Numbered from the whole stretch's first letter, positions 1-13,924 are shown. The stretch: 63,792 nucleotides of DNA, filler included, from Ionaspis alba (GCA_964255285.1; 7 parts of 7 records of this genome joined end to end with filler, not necessarily neighbours in it), one strand, 5' to 3'. Translations and numbers: made by a program. The notes: generated by a model from the sequence alone, not told the origin.

Positions 1-1034
1 CTCGTAGACCTCCCAAACCCGCCTCGCCCCCCCGGCCTGCCAACACTAGCATTATCAGAAGAAGTATCCGCGCCCCGAGGCGTAAGCCCGAAATGCTCGT
101 AGATTTTCTTGCGCTGCAGCTCCCAATTGATGTCCACGTTCTCCTCGACATAGGCGTCGAAATTGCGTTGCGCGCGACTGATGCCCTCGGCGATCATCTT
201 CAGCGTCGATTGCTGCTGCAGCTGCTCGACGTATTTGTGGGAGTCAGGGTCCCATTCTGCCTGTGGCTGGACCTGGGCACCAGATGCAGAGCGTGCGTTG
301 AGAGAATTGAGATCGCGAAGGGTGGTGCCAGGGTTGACGCCCGAGGCGGCGAGGAGGTAGTGGCTTTTAGAGCCATTAGCTTTCAATTCACACCTTCGAG
401 CATGATAGCAGGTTATATGAGCTTACGCTTTACTGTCCGCCCCCTTCCGACCATTCGCCTGCGCTCCAGTCCCCCCCAATTCCCGCACCCTCTTCGCAAT
501 ATCCCCCAATCCCAACTGCAGACTCGGGATCTCGCTCAAACCTGTTCCGCCTTCTGCTTCTCTGGCCCGCTTCCGGTTCTTCTCAAGCAGGCTGTTGAAA
601 TACGCCGGCCGGAACCCGCTCTCGGCTTCCTGCATCGACTGCCCATTCTGCTGTCCCGCTTGCCCAGGCTCATTCGACGCACCCTGCGCCTGACTTTGTC
701 CGAAAAGTCCCTGTGACTGCGACGGCTGGGCGGTTGTGTTCGAGTTGTTGTTTAGGGTCGTTCCGCTCAAGTTCGAGGCGTTTGATGGTGCTTGTTGGGG
801 ACGGGGAGCTCCGAGACCGGCGAAGAGGTTGCTGGATGCTGGGGGGTTTGATGATGCGCCGAGATTGCCGAAGAGGGAGGGCTGGGAGGTTTGTTGTTGG
901 GGTTGGGAGGTGTTGAGATTGCTGAAGAGACCGCCTGGTTGGGATGGCTGCGACTGAGGCTGCGAGGTTGAGGTGGAGTTGTTGCTGGGATTTGTGAAGA
1001 GGCTGAATGTCGGAGGTTTGGGTTGAGAGAACAT
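1..1034 (-). CDS. NIC96: Nuclear pore adaptor nucleoporin Nic96/Nup93, 5' part (runs off the left edge)
   Basis: ATG at 1034 (MFSQPKPPTFSLF...). Low-complexity SLFG-type N-terminus, then 'PAYFNSLLEK...IPSLQLGLGDIAKRVRELG'. GT-AG intron at about 426-364 joins to 'HYLLAASGVNPG', the characteristic N-terminal block of Pezizomycotina Nic96. Confidence 0.85.
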
Positions 1035-1510
1035 GGCGGAGATGTGGATGGTGGAGGTGGAAGGTATGGGCTTTGGGAATTGATGGGCGCGTGGGTAAAG
1101 TTTGGGTTGACGTGAAGCTGGAGACTTTTTCGTGTTTGTCGCTAAACACCAATCCCCTTTCACAGCCGAGAGCGTATACCAATGTCAACAAATGTGAAAC
1201 CAATTTCCCCGGTAAGCAAGCATAGCAGCTTGAAAGAAAAATTGTATTACTCTATTCGAAGCATCATAAAGGACGTCATACTATCTATGCTCATGCCCGC
1301 GCTATGCTATGCTACCCAGAGACCTTCCGACTCTTATGATGAAGCGCCATAGATGCCTCCAAGAGCAGAAACAATGCAACTCCTCGACACCATAACAGAA
1401 TGCTCGTAAACCTTGATCGTTTGCCTCTATAGGCTTTGGTGTTCGCACTGTCGATAATTCACGCAGGTAAGCTGAGTCTCGTTCGCTCATCCTGTGGCCA
1501 AGTCTCATTC

Positions 1511-4225
1511 CTAACCGTGATAGCTGTTCCGCACAGAATCCTTCCTAAACTTCTCCGGCATCTCCTTGACGATCCACTCCAGCACAGTCTCATAGCAGAG
1601 CACATATTGCTTCAACGTCTGCACCATGCTTAGTCTCTGCGACCGGAAGTCCTCCACCGTCTTAGCCACCAAATCAATGTCGTCTTTGGTGGTCCACTCA
1701 TCATCATCGATATCCATATCATCGTCAGACATAGCCTGTTTGCCATCTCTCTGCGCGACCATTCTTTGTCTTTTCATAATGTCCATCACACTGTCGATCG
1801 TGCAGAAAGTGCCTGTGCGTCCACATCCTGCGCTGCAATGGACTACGATTGGTCGCTCGCCGCTCCTGGCAGGCTCGGAGGATTTGGTACCTTCGTGTTG
1901 GGAGTAGCTCCTGAGTACGGCTCCACACTGTTCGACGAGCCCAAGCACATATTTGGGATGTGTTGGGATTCCAAAATCAGGCCAGCTCGAGTATTGTACT
2001 TGAGTGATCTCTCGTAGTGGTTGGAACGGATAGCCACTGTGGCTGAGGGTCAGCTTCCGGACTATCACATAAGGTATCTCGGACGCCGAGGCGTCTTTGT
2101 CAGGCTCTTCTGGAGTGATTTTTAAGGGAGTAGTGGCACGACGTCTCGTGCTGGATGCCTGATCTGACGGAGTTCTGGATTGGGGAGGGCGTTTGGCGCT
2201 GGGATCCAGAGAGACTCGCTTCTCAGATAACGATCTTAGCCGGAAAGGACCGTAAGTGTCCGGGAGCCAGTAAGGATGGCATTTGCGCTGGCCACCATCG
2301 AACTCTCCGGTTAACATCACAATGACTCGGGCATCTTGTTCCCAGACCATCCGCCAGAAATCCTGTATCAGGTTAGCCGTGTGCTTTGAGAGGAGCGCAG
2401 TCTATTGACCTACCTCGAATGTGGTCGGAACAGGCGCTTGAGAAGCTATATAGTTTCTGTGGCTCCATTTCGCCTTGACGTGGCTTGCATTGACGTAATC
2501 GCAGCCACCAGATGGAACATTTTGTAGTCGAACTCGAGCATGATCATACGGCAACATGTCCTTGTACCTATTTTTGGTACCCTTCTCAATCCCAGCAATT
2601 TGGACACATTGCGAGATGTTCGATGATGGCGAACCATAGGACACGTTCGCCGAGAGAGCCTTCTGCATACGGTCCTGTTCGTCTTGTTCTATTTTCAAAA
2701 ATCGGTCGGCCACAAGTTTGCCATTGTTGTTCACCTCGACCGCTTCTCTCAACCACGCCGGAAGTTCGGATATGTGCTTCTCTGACAGGACCGAAGGACG
2801 TTCAATTGGTACCTGGCCGACGCCACCTATCAAATCCATATTCTGTCTGATGTTGCCGAAGAATGGATTCGCAGCTGTCTTTGTGGAGGGCATGGGACAC
2901 CCTCCAGCTACTGGCATAATCCCTCCTGTGTTCGAGTCGATTGAGAGATTGCGAGTGCTGGAATCTTTGCTCTGGTCACCGCTCCTCATCTCAATCATGT
3001 CGGGAAACTTTTTCGAGAATTCCAGAAAGCCTCCTCTTAGCACACAAGATGAACCATGCCAGCCCTCGTTCGCAAATTTCTTAAGTGTGTTGACAGAAGA
3101 TGTGGCGTCTTTGAGGTGTGAAGAATGCGCGTCGTAGACCACAATGTGACTGGCATCTCTCCAGTGAGAGAATTTCGCTTTCTCGTCTGCCTTTGTGAAG
3201 GTCTCAGCTAGTTTCTGAGCAGTGAATGAGGGTCGTTTGAGTAATGTCGTAGGAATGCATAGATTCATGGCCCCCTTGACTCGGCTTAGCGCATACTGAG
3301 GAGATACTCTCAAATCCAATAACAGGACATCGAGTGTAACATTACTCTCCAACAGATCCACCAGGTTTTGTGGCGAGATCATGACAGGGCCAGCGTCCTC
3401 TAGCGAGGAAGGTAATGTATCGGCACGATTGATGCGGAGATTGGTGGCTGGTGGTGACGGAGGGTCAATTCTGTTTTGAGGTAGGGACAGACGCGGGTGT
3501 CTGTCGTCCAGATGCGAGAGTTGGCTTCGCTCGATGGCTGGGCGTTGTAGAGACTGGTCGTTGAGGGGGGACTCGTTCCGGGGAAGATCGAAGAATGAAG
3601 GAGGCTGGAGAGCACTAGACGCCTGTCTCTTTCCCAAGCCAGGACGGCGAAAATCAATCTCCATTGGCTCTGAAGTGTCCGTCTGGCTGCCTGTGCTCTT
3701 CTTCTCCGGCGCTTTGGTTCTGGGCGAAGCAGGTTCCGTAGACTCTTGAGCAGCGAGACTGCCGAGTGTGGGTAATTGACCTGCACCAGAACCAGCACTG
3801 AAATGCGACAAGTTGCCATGGCCTAAGGTGAAGGGATTGCCGGCCTCGGATTGTCGACGAAAAGCTTCAAACTCTTGATTGGCCTCCACAGGCACGACTT
3901 TGGGAGATGTGACTGCAGACCGAATAGAAGATGAGGGAGGGCTCCAGTTTGTCTTGACATGTCCTCCAGCATTTGAGTCCGCAATGTGATGCCCAGGCTC
4001 AACAACCAGTCCAAAATAATTGGGACTTGCCGTGCGCTGATCGCGGTGTTTCGAAGGGGAGCGGATCTTCGAGGAGAGTAGTGGCGGAATGTTTTGTCCC
4101 ACTGAGCCAGGGGTACGGGTGGGCATGGCGTGAGGTGTGGTGGAAGTTCTTTGCGATGGTCGAGACTGTGAATGTGAGGGCCATGGTGGTCGAGGTGTCG
4201 GTCGAGTCGACGTTGCCGTTGTCAT
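1511..4225 (-). CDS. Protein tyrosine phosphatase with rhodanese domain (Pyp1/Ptp2/Ptp3-type MAPK phosphatase)
   Basis: Rhodanese-like 'LLLDLRVSPQYALSRVKGAMNLCIPTTLLKRP'; PTP motifs KNRY, DYVNAS, YIASQAP, WPDFG, HCSAGCGRTG and QTLKQY. Intron 2413-2363 (GT..CAG). Start at 4225 is the first in-frame ATG. Confidence 0.93.
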
Positions 4226-7200
4226 AGCGGCGAACGTGCGCTTTGATGTCAAAGGTATCGAGCCTCAGAGAGTGCGATTTGTGTTGACGCTGGTTACCGA
4301 TAATGCTACCAGTTGACTCATTTGTTGTGCTTCAAGCTCACAGTATGTTCCAAGTGTTTGTCTGGCTGTGTAGGAAAGGACCACAGGGAGTGGACAGCTC
4401 CTTCTTTGGTATTCGTCGCGGTCACCAGGACCTTTAGACAATTGTCCCGTGAAACCCAATCTGTTCGATATCCCGTCGATCTCCAACGAGTATTGTATCG
4501 AGGTATTCACAGGACGCAGATTAGTTCGAGATATGGTACTGCTGCAAGTCGATAGGTTTGTGATAATGATCAGGATAGTGTACGGCTTATGTGCTTTGAA
4601 TCCGGTAGGCTAATAGGTTCTAGGCCTTTTATTAATCGAGACGGCTTCTGCAGGTTCAACACGATCAGCGGCCTTTGCCTTTCTGCCGGCGAGGCGATTC
4701 GAAGTTCTTTGCGACGATTATCGATATGAGATATTCTGGAGTTGGCGATCACGATTGCCAATCCAGGATGTGTAGAGGAGAATAAGTGAAGATTGGGGAA
4801 AGAATCGATCTCAGCAGATTAGTTATTATTACTACTGTTGCTGCTTCCAGCTGACAAGAATAGAGTGTCCTGGTAGGCTGCGCAGTGCGCACTTGCTGCA
4901 CATTTCTCGTGATTGGGGGAAAGGAAGGGGGGAATCCCAGCCGAAAAGGCACCAGAGGAACACCGCCAATGACGTCGAGCTGCGGCACATTCTCGGTCGG
5001 AGGCAATCTTCCGGCCCGGGTATTCATTCCTCCGTTGATCTTTTTTTGCCTCAACCACTTTTCGGCTAGTCTCAATTATTATCCCTTATGGATCAACCGC
5101 CTCCCCAACTTGAAGATCTGGACAATTACATTATTGATTGAGAGATGGCAGGTATCTCATGCGCCTTGTTCTCCATTACGTTATCCCCAGAAGAGCTGAA
5201 CAAGTACCCATTTACCAGCGGAAAAAGCCGTCCGCGGAGTCACCCGATTGCTTAAGTAACCGATCGAACGATTCGTGCTCGCCCCTCCCTTCCACAGCAG
5301 CCCCAAAACGCCACCACGACTAATATGGCCATGGCTAATCTGATTACGGAGACACCCCCGTCTGCTCGCTCATTCGCTGGGAGTCGTTGCGACAGATAGC
5401 TCCAGCTCTCGGTAAAGGTCCCACTATAACTCCTCTACTATTATTCTCCCTAAGGCTACGCGGCATGCTGCAGATAGGCTGGCATCAGATCTTGCATCAG
5501 GTGTTGATTCGGCTCGATGCGTTTCCAAGGTAGTCCGTTACTCATATATACCAACAGAATAATGTACCTCAACAGAGCAGTCAAACACGACAGTGACTGG
5601 CTGTTGTTTTGCCTGTTTTAAGTGATGGATGATTTTCCATATTTCGGAAATATTATTGTCTGGTATATACATGTGAATACATCCAAAAACACAGAAACTC
5701 TTCTCTCCATTTGATTCTTCTCGTAGTTGAGTTACGCACAAACTAATTTCTCTACGCACGCTTCTTCTCTTAGCGTCGTTCTCAGCTACTGTTACTGCAG
5801 AAGCCCAGCCAATGGACCGACTGCACGGACGCCCGAAAAACCTTTTTCTTTATAGATCCTCGTGAAGATCTCGGAAACCACAAAACCGAACGAGCGAGTC
5901 GTCAATCGTTAAGAAGACGCACCGCCGCAATTCCAAACGCCACAAAACTTTCCCCACGACGCATGCGCTGTGGCTATCGACATCGTGGACGTCCGTGCCT
6001 TGTCTCCAACAGGACCGTGCTTAAGCACAAAATGGTGACCCTCCTACGCCAAAGCATTAACGACGTCGAGTTGGCCACCGCCAGCAGGTTCGCAATAGAT
6101 GGCTATCCCTTCGTGACCGTCAACCATACGATGACAAACGTTCGGTGGGTTTGTCTGGGTCCATAGACTCGACCACTGCCATGAATCTGTACCAATGCGT
6201 CGAGACATCCCTCGCGATGCAAAGAACCTAGCTGGCGGTTGCTACTGAGGAGTAGCAACAGGCTCCAGCAGACGCAATAAAGGCGGGGGCGGATGGCGCA
6301 GCTAGCAGAGGAGTTCAAATTGCGCAATGATGCTCAGGAACATGAACGGAGAGCTTGGGTGCAAAGGGTTGCTGCTGTCAACTTCATGACGCTGCGTTTG
6401 GGATACCTACCACCACCACACGTGCCAGCTCGTCTTCTTAGGTACGGGGTAAGAACAGTATCTTTTGCACAGCCTAGGTGTAGATTCTTGCGTGAAAGAC
6501 CGAAGCACAATTAGAGGGGTGTTTGCGCACAGTAGGAAAGCTTCGTGCTTTTATCATTCTCTGGATTACGCACGAGCCCTAACAAACAACTTCGACCAGA
6601 TCGAGACTGCATATGCTGAGTTCTTATATATCAACCAGCTCACAAATAACTATATCTACCGAAAACACTCGGACTTCCACAAGAGAAATAATTGGTAGTC
6701 TAGCTTCGAGTGTAGAAGGACGATTTTCATCATCTTAGGTCAGACGGCCCAACTCCAATCCTACTACAACCTCCAGCACTAATCCCCAAATCACCCATCA
6801 CCAACCCGCCCATCCCAGCCGATCTCATCCCCCATTCGACCAGATCAGCCCTTTCGGCTCCCTCTTCCGTCCCAGAAAATCCCCCGACTTCGTCCCTGTT
6901 GGGTATGCGTGGCGAGCGCCTGGTACGGGCGGGGGACGGCACGGTTGATGGAAACCGAGCGGATTGCCGATCCTTTGTACTGGGACCGCCCCTAATCCGC
7001 CGGTTTGGATGACGAGGTGATGGAGTTGTTACGGAGATATTTCCCTGGGATGACGATGATCATGATGGCTATAAATTTCTGATAGGCGGGGATGGATTTA
7101 AAGGGGGGAGAGGGCCTCATGGAAATTTTGGGGAAAGACCTTCGGGCATTGGTATACAACTGAGTCTGGGTTTCTAAAATATTGTTCAAAGCAATCGCGA

Positions 7201-7259
7201 ATTCACCACTGTCAATCTGGTTCTAGTGTTTCCAATTTTAGCCAAACAATCTTCCAACA

Positions 7260-8607
7260 TGCCGTCCAAACTCCATCGCAACCCGCCCTTCAGAGCCGAA
7301 CATCTCGGCTCCCTCCTACGCCCTGCTCACCTCCTCGAAACGCGCGCAGCCGTCGACAAAGGCAGCACGTCGCAGCAAGATCTATCCAAGATCGAAGATG
7401 AAGCCATCAACGAGATTGTGAATCTCCAATTGAAGCTGGGGTTCCACCCCATCACCGATGGCGAATACAGACGGCACAGTACATGACCCCTATTTTGCAT
7501 CCACCCCTTCCATTCAATGTCCTCTCCCTTTCTATTGAGCTGGCGACTGATGATGAGCACAGTGTTCTGGGGCACTTTCTTCCCCGGCCTCTCCGGGTTC
7601 GAAGAGATCCAAAATCCACCCCTCGACATCTTCCGCGCCTACATGCCCGACATCGCCGCCTTCACCGAAACAGGGCACAAACCTGGCGAAAGCGTTATCT
7701 GCACAGGCAAGATAAAGCACGTCGGGAGCACTTATGTTGACCAGTGGAATTATCTCAAGAACTTGGTGCCGAAGGAAAGGGCGTCCGAGTGCAAGTTGAC
7801 GCTCGCAGCCCCGGAGTGGTATCATATGCGGTACCGAGAGGGGAGAGCGTACCCGAAAGAGGTGTATGCGAGTGATAAGGAGTATTTCGCGGATATTGCG
7901 GTGGCGTATCAGGAGGAGTTAAGGTTGCTGTGGGAGGCGGGGTTGAGGAATGTGCAGATTGATGATCCGAATTTGGCTTGTGAGAATCGTTGTGGGCTGG
8001 AATAGGGCGAATGGTGTTTGCTGACGGCGTGGTAGATTTCTGCTCGGAGAAAATGCTCAAGGGGTGGGCGGAGGACAAGAGCAATACCAAGACGGCGGAT
8101 CAGCTTCTGGATGAGTACATCCAGCTGTACAACGATTGTATCTCGAAGCGGCCAGCGGATATGCATGTTGGTGTGCATATCTGTCGAGGGAACTTCGTGG
8201 GCAGTCGCCATTTCTCGGAGGGTGGTTATGATCGGATAGCGACCAAGCTTTTCCAAGAACTGGACGTTGACACTTACTATCTGGAGTACGACACACCCCG
8301 CGCAGGAGGTTTCGAGCCGCTGAAGCATCTTCCCAAGAACAAGAATGTCATTTTGGGAGTGATAACTTCGAAGTTCAAGGAGATGGAGGATCTGGAGGAG
8401 ATGAAGAAAAGAGTTTATGAAGCTTCTGATTTCGTTGCTGAGGGTAACGGTGAGACGCGCGAGCAGGCTTTGCAAAGGATGGGCGTTAGTCCTCAATGTG
8501 GATTTGCGAGTCATAGTTCTGGTAATGCAGTGACTAAGGAGGATATGGTTGCAAAATTGAAGCTGGTGAGGGCCTTGGCTGACAGTATCTGGCCGGACGA
8601 ACCTTGA
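7260..8607 (+). CDS. Cobalamin-independent methionine synthase-like enzyme, single catalytic domain (UROD/MetE-like, YxjH-type)
   Basis: 'RAEHLGSLLRP', 'TDGEYRRHMFW', 'QIDDP', Zn-ligand motifs 'HICRGN', 'LEYD' and 'SPQCGFAS'. Introns 7479-7562 and 7980-8035 restore the frame. Confidence 0.9.
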
Positions 8608-8848
8608 GAGAGATGGGCTCAGGGTTAGACATGATATTTATTGTTAGACGAGGTGGTTTTTGACGTACTATAAACGTTCGTGCATTCGTGCCAAAGTTCT
8701 TACCACGAACAACGTGAAAGAATCGCGGGACTTAGGCCGGCATCCCATTCGCGCAGAGGTCAGGCTGACTGCGTAGCTCATGCTTTCCAGTCCCTAGACC
8801 TGATACGGAGGATATGCCTGCTATCGAGACTGTTGATTTGCTGTTTAA

Positions 8849-9119
8849 TTAAGCTATCCTCTCTACAGAGGTAAGCTCTGCCTTAGGATCACGCCCAGTC
8901 TCGAGCTCGCTTGGTGGTGTGCGCATGTTGTCCAATTCTGGCCTTTCCGTCTCTGCAGATCCTCGTTGACGCTTGCGTACAAGGATGAGAGTTGCAATAC
9001 TAGTGACGTTTATAAAGATGGTGAATCCTCCAGTGACCATGCCAGCAATTGCACTGGTGCTGAGCCCATCACGTTTCGGAGAGCTGGTGGGTGCTATTGT
9101 AGCAGGAGTGGGTTTCAGT
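8849..9119 (-). pseudogene. C-terminal fragment of a single-pass (type I) membrane protein, near scaffold end
   Basis: Ser/Thr/Pro stretch, then 'GLSTSAIAGMVTGGFTIFINVTSIATLILV' TM, RKRQR stop-transfer and 'PELD...SELE' tail. Preceded by an in-frame TAA, so it is a degraded gene or a last exon. Confidence 0.35.
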
Positions 9120-9182
9120 TACCGGGCGGGAGTATGGCAACAAGATTCTGACTGACAGATGTGAGCGGAAAGAGAGCTTGGC

Positions 9183-9282
9183 NNNNNNNNNNNNNNNNNN
9201 NNNNNNNNNNNNNNNNNNNNNNNNNNTTAATTAATTAANNNNNNNNNNNNNNNNNNNNNNNNNNNNNNNNNNNNNNNNNNNN
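9183..9282. other. Artificial scaffold-joining spacer (N44-TTAATTAATTAA-N44)
   Basis: Palindromic 12-mer with stops in all six frames, flanked by Ns; identical at six sites. Confidence 0.98.
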
Positions 9283-12169
9283 CCGGCGCACCGAAGGGCG
9301 CTGCGAAACCCGGTTCCGCCCTCGTTGGCATCTGCCCACGCGAATCCGCCCCAAAAAGCCCCCCACCCGATCCCGCACTACTCGTCTGCGGCGACATGGA
9401 GCTCGGTGTGGATGCATGCATGGTTTGAGGCATTGGCGGTAACGACGCGTTCATCGATTGCGCCGCTCCAAAACCCGCTCCACCACTCGATCGCGCTCTG
9501 TGCCTCTGCGGCGACGCGTACTCCTCCGACATAGAGGCAAAATTCATTACTTCCCACTCGGGCGCGGCCTGCCGAGCAAACGAAGCCGGTCGCACGGAGG
9601 ACGAATTGCCGAAGGCCGTCTTTCGGCCCGGTTCCGGCTTCATCATTCCCAAGAATGCGGCCGGTTTGGCTGCGACCATGGGCATGGGCGCTCGGGCGTC
9701 GAATAGGCTGGAGCCCATTTCTTCGTCCGAGTAGTCGATTAAGTCCGCTGCGCCATTTAAAGTGTCGATGTCTGTGGCATCTTGAGCGTTAGCATTTGTG
9801 TGTGCTGCAGGAAAGTGAGTTTCGCATTTCTGAGGAGCCGCGGACTGGGAAGGTGCTACGACGCGGTGAGATTGGCCAGATGCGAAACTATTGGAATCGC
9901 TGTCAGGTCCGGCGACGTTATGCCATGCTTTGAGAGCATCATGGGTTGTGGCTGAGGACGCTGAGTAGTTCTGCGCCACCATGACTGGTAGGGAACGTTT
10001 ATCACGAGTGGCGAAACGTCGATCCGCTTGGAGTACCATGTGGCTCATTGGAGTATAAAAAAAGCGCTTACCGTCATCCCAAGCCGGTTCTGCGGCTGCC
10101 TTGTCAGCTGTTTCCTTGTCGTTGGCAGCTACAGCCACAAACGAGCACCAACGACCTGCGACCTGGAACTGAACGCCTAGACGCACAGCTTCGCGCTCGC
10201 GCATGTCTTCGAATTTGGAGGAGAAACGCTCTTTGAGGAGGGTTTTCTTTTCGTCGCGGACGTCGTAGAGCCAGCCGCGGCCTTCTTCGAGGTCTTGGAC
10301 TGCTTTGCGGGCGGCGAGTTGGTGGATTGTTTGGTTGGGTGTTGGGAGGGTCTCGATTGGGATGGACAAGGTGAGTGGACCGTGAGGGGAGGTGGCGTGG
10401 AGAACGAGGGCTGTGGGGTTCCTCTGGATGGTGCTGGGCGAGAGGAGGAGGTAGACTGTCGTGCGGGTAAAGGGGTAGAGAGCGGGAATTCTGTGGGGAG
10501 CTTGGAGCAGAGCTGGGGGAGGTAGAACAGGCAGGTGAGCGTAGCGGGATTCACCTGTTTTGTCGTTGGCTGGCTTTTGCTCTGCATCCGGATTGGCATT
10601 GGAGTCGAAGAGCGAGATGGGTGCTTTGTCCTTGACATTCAGTTTCTCATTTTCTTGAGCTTGATCTGGTTCAGATAGGAGGACTTTGAACCCGTCAGTG
10701 ACTTTGTCGACCAGTTCGAAATCGTCTTCGGAGTCATCGTCAGGACCATACTGGACTTCGAGGGTGTAGTCACTGATGTGTGGAGACAAAGCGCCTTTGA
10801 GCATACGGACGACCCGGTTGTCAAGCTTCTCTCCTTCCTGCACAATCTGCGCAAAGCCGTTTCCTGCCCTAGCCACCCCTTCAATGAGGGCACTGGACAC
10901 TCCACTGCCGATACCAAGCGGGAACACTCGAATCCTCCCCTTATTTTTAGCTACTTCTGCATTGAGGTACGCGAAGAGTTCCTCTTGTTGCCATATATCG
11001 CCGTCCGTGAGCAGCATGACTTCGAGAGGAATGTCACCATAACGATTATCAATCGTCGCTTTGATAGCGGAGAACGTCTCCGTCCCACCCATATTGGCAG
11101 CGATGCAACGAACAAGCTTCATTGCTTGGGCAAGACTGTCTTGGGAGTATGACTTGCTCTTCTTCCAGAGAAAGTCGTAGCTTGATCCAAAGGAGCAGAT
11201 ATTGAATTTGACTCCTACCGGCATCGACTTGAGAAACACGTCCATAGCAGAGGCCAGAATCGGAAATTTGCCCTGCATGCTACAGCTCCGATCAACTACG
11301 AACACGATTTCAGGTCGAGAAGGAGGTAGAGAGAACTTTGGAACCAGCGTAGCCATTAGGGCTCGGTGGTTCGGTATGGTCGGGTGAGTTTCGAGAATAG
11401 CCTTGGGTGTAGCCGTATCTTTGGCCAGCACGACCAGGATGAAGTCTTTGTCGAGACTGGCACTGCTCAAAGTAAGTGTTGCTGAAGCTCTGGACATGGT
11501 CGGCTCGGCAGCTGAATCTGTAGAGGTTGTACCCATGGTGACAGCGATAGGATGCGATGGGGATTGGACACCTCGGATAAAAGACCCCTCGGCCATCAGA
11601 GCATCAACTGTGATCTTGATGCCTCCACTATCCTGAGCAGGTCTACCGGACAAAGGTGTTGTAACGGACCCATATCGTGGAACGATCTTTGTTGGGATGG
11701 TGAAACGAATGCCATCGGTCTCGGCATCATGCTTCAATTCACCGATGTAGCTGATTTCCACAATGATCGTTTCACCAGCTGGGACGTTACCGAGCTTAGT
11801 GCTGAACACGTCCGAGGCTTCTGGTAACTGCTCTAGAAGACCAGCGGTTTCTCCTTTGGCTACGGCTTCGTTGTACACTTTCTTAGCCTGGTTCTTTTCC
11901 TTCACCAATCCACGAAGGATGCGTTTCCCTACGTGACAGGTGAAAGAGACCACGGAGACTCCATCGTAGAGGGGGAAAGTGTAGATGCACTCTTTGATGG
12001 CCTGCTCAGTAGGATTGGTGAAGTTCTGCTTCAAGGTAGTGCGAGAGGTTGTGGAGAGGATGGTCGTGTGAGATTCACTGTTCACCAGGGGAAGATAGTG
12101 CTTGTTATGTCTTAGGAAAGGAGTTGTGGATTCTAGATAGTAGTAGCAACCACAAAGACATGACAACAT
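9283..12169 (-). CDS. VIT + von Willebrand factor A domain protein (VWA5A-like), 3' truncated by scaffold end
   Basis: VIT domain 'TTLKQNFTNP...YTFPLYDGVSVVSF...GLLEQ...DVFSTKLGNVP'; vWA MIDAS 'FVVDRSCSM', 'MGGTE', 'LLTDG', 'FPLGIG'. Likely start MLSCLCGCYY at 12169. Probable intron starting GTAAGC near 10071. Confidence 0.92.
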
Positions 12170-13076
12170 GATTGATGTTGCGGTAGGAGGTGTTTGCGTG
12201 CGTTGATGTCTGTGGTTTGTCAAGTTGATTGAATTGATTGTTGGTGAGGAGGGAGGGAGGGGAAGAGTGCGCAGCAAGGTGAACTTTATGTAGCCTTGAG
12301 TGTGTGGTTGCCTGATATCCTTGGCATCAACACTGCAGCGCAGGAGCGGGTACAAGGCTGGATCAACAACAAGGAAATTTCAGCTCTATGGGTCGTAGCC
12401 CTCGCAACCGTCTGCACCAAACTTGAAGGGCGCGGTAACTCTCAATACGAAAGACTGTTGGCTATGGCAATCAAGCCAGATCAATGCATAGGATGGATTG
12501 GTAGTGTACTGGCACGAGAGAGCCCTAGAACTAGTACTCGCTTAGAGCTGTGCCACATTAATCCTTTAGTTCTTTTTCCTTGGTTAAATAGTACGATACA
12601 GTCACATCGCAGCTAACCTGCCGGGTTTGCGGGGTTGTTCGCTGCCATGGCGTCTGCAGTTATCCATCCACACATATTCTACAGGGTCACAAGGATGAGT
12701 CACATCCTCTAACTCTGCTCCCGTCACCTTCTATGCTTTCGCTGTGTCACAGCTGAATACCACAAAATGGTGTACTACACCTCTTTGAAACTCCCAGAAC
12801 CTTGTGAAGTTGGAGAGAAGTCGGTACTGTGCGCGTTGACGCTAAAGAAATACTCCATAAGGTTGAAAGAAACGGTTCTTGATGCACAGCCACCACCTTC
12901 CAGGATTCGCTCGAATAAACAAAACTGCTGGCGGCTTGATTGCGCATACTCCTGCCCCATTTCAACGTGATGGTGTGATAACGAAAAAGCTCATGCTGCC
13001 TAGACCCCCCCAATAGACCGGTGCCATGCCCGATTCCTGAACCCAAATCGCCAAAACATCCAATATCTTCCGGTCA

Positions 13077-13786
13077 TCACTGCAAACATATACCCAGAAA
13101 TTCATCCCGGTTAATAGCCCCATCTCCGTCTAAATCGAACTCGTCGATCATAGCCGCCAGCTCCTCCTCACCGAGCCCTTCACCCAACTCCCTAGCCACT
13201 CTCCTCAAGTCCTCCAAGTCAATTTTGCCCTTCCCACCTTGATCAAACAGATCGAAGGCCCGCAATATCTCTTCTCGCGGATCTCGCGCTAGTATCCGCT
13301 GCGCCATGACGGCTTGAAATTGTGCAAGAGGGAGTAAGAGTCGTGTAGGATGTGCGGGGTTGTTGGACGACGCTGCGGATTCGGCCGGCGAACCGTATGT
13401 CTGAAGGATATTGATGATTTCAGGTTTAGGCAAATCGAAGCCTAGAGCTTTCATAGCAACCTTGAGCTCGTGATAATCGATCCGCTTGTCCTTATCGAGA
13501 TCGAAGAGCCCAAACTGTACATTGGCGCAGATTAGCCTGAGCCTGGAGGGTTGCATAAACATAGCCTTACAGCTTCGTTGATCTCCTCCCTCTGCTCCTC
13601 CGTGAGCTGACTCATGGGATCTTGATTTTGCCGGTCTAGTCTTTCCCTCTCGAGTCGTTGAGCTTCTCGTTGCTGCGCTGCCGTCGATGCGCCGAATGCC
13701 CCCCCCAGAGAACGATCAGGCAGCTTACCCAGATTGGTGTTGAAGCTTCGCTGAGGAAATACGGGATGGGCTGATGAGGATGCCAT
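13077..13786 (-). CDS. CDC31: Centrin (spindle pole body EF-hand protein Cdc31)
   Basis: '[38 protein letters not shown]...[14 protein letters not shown]...[19 protein letters not shown]'. Intron 13570-13515. Confidence 0.95.
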
Positions 13787-13875
13787 TTGAAGAGAAGGAA
13801 AGTGTTCGGTCCCTGGTTCGTTGGCAGTCTGGCTTTCAACAAGGCTTTGCGACGTGCTTTATTTTGGACAAGGAT

Positions 13876-13924
13876 ACGCGAAGAGCGCGTTTGGTCGCGA
13901 TTTACGAGCAGGCTCCCGCGCGAA
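13876..13924. promoter_or_regulatory. Cluster of CGCG-core (MCB/SCB-like) elements upstream of CDC31
   Basis: ACGCGA, GCGCGT, TCGCGA and CGCGCGAA within 50 bp, about 90-140 bp upstream of a cell-cycle gene. Confidence 0.45.
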
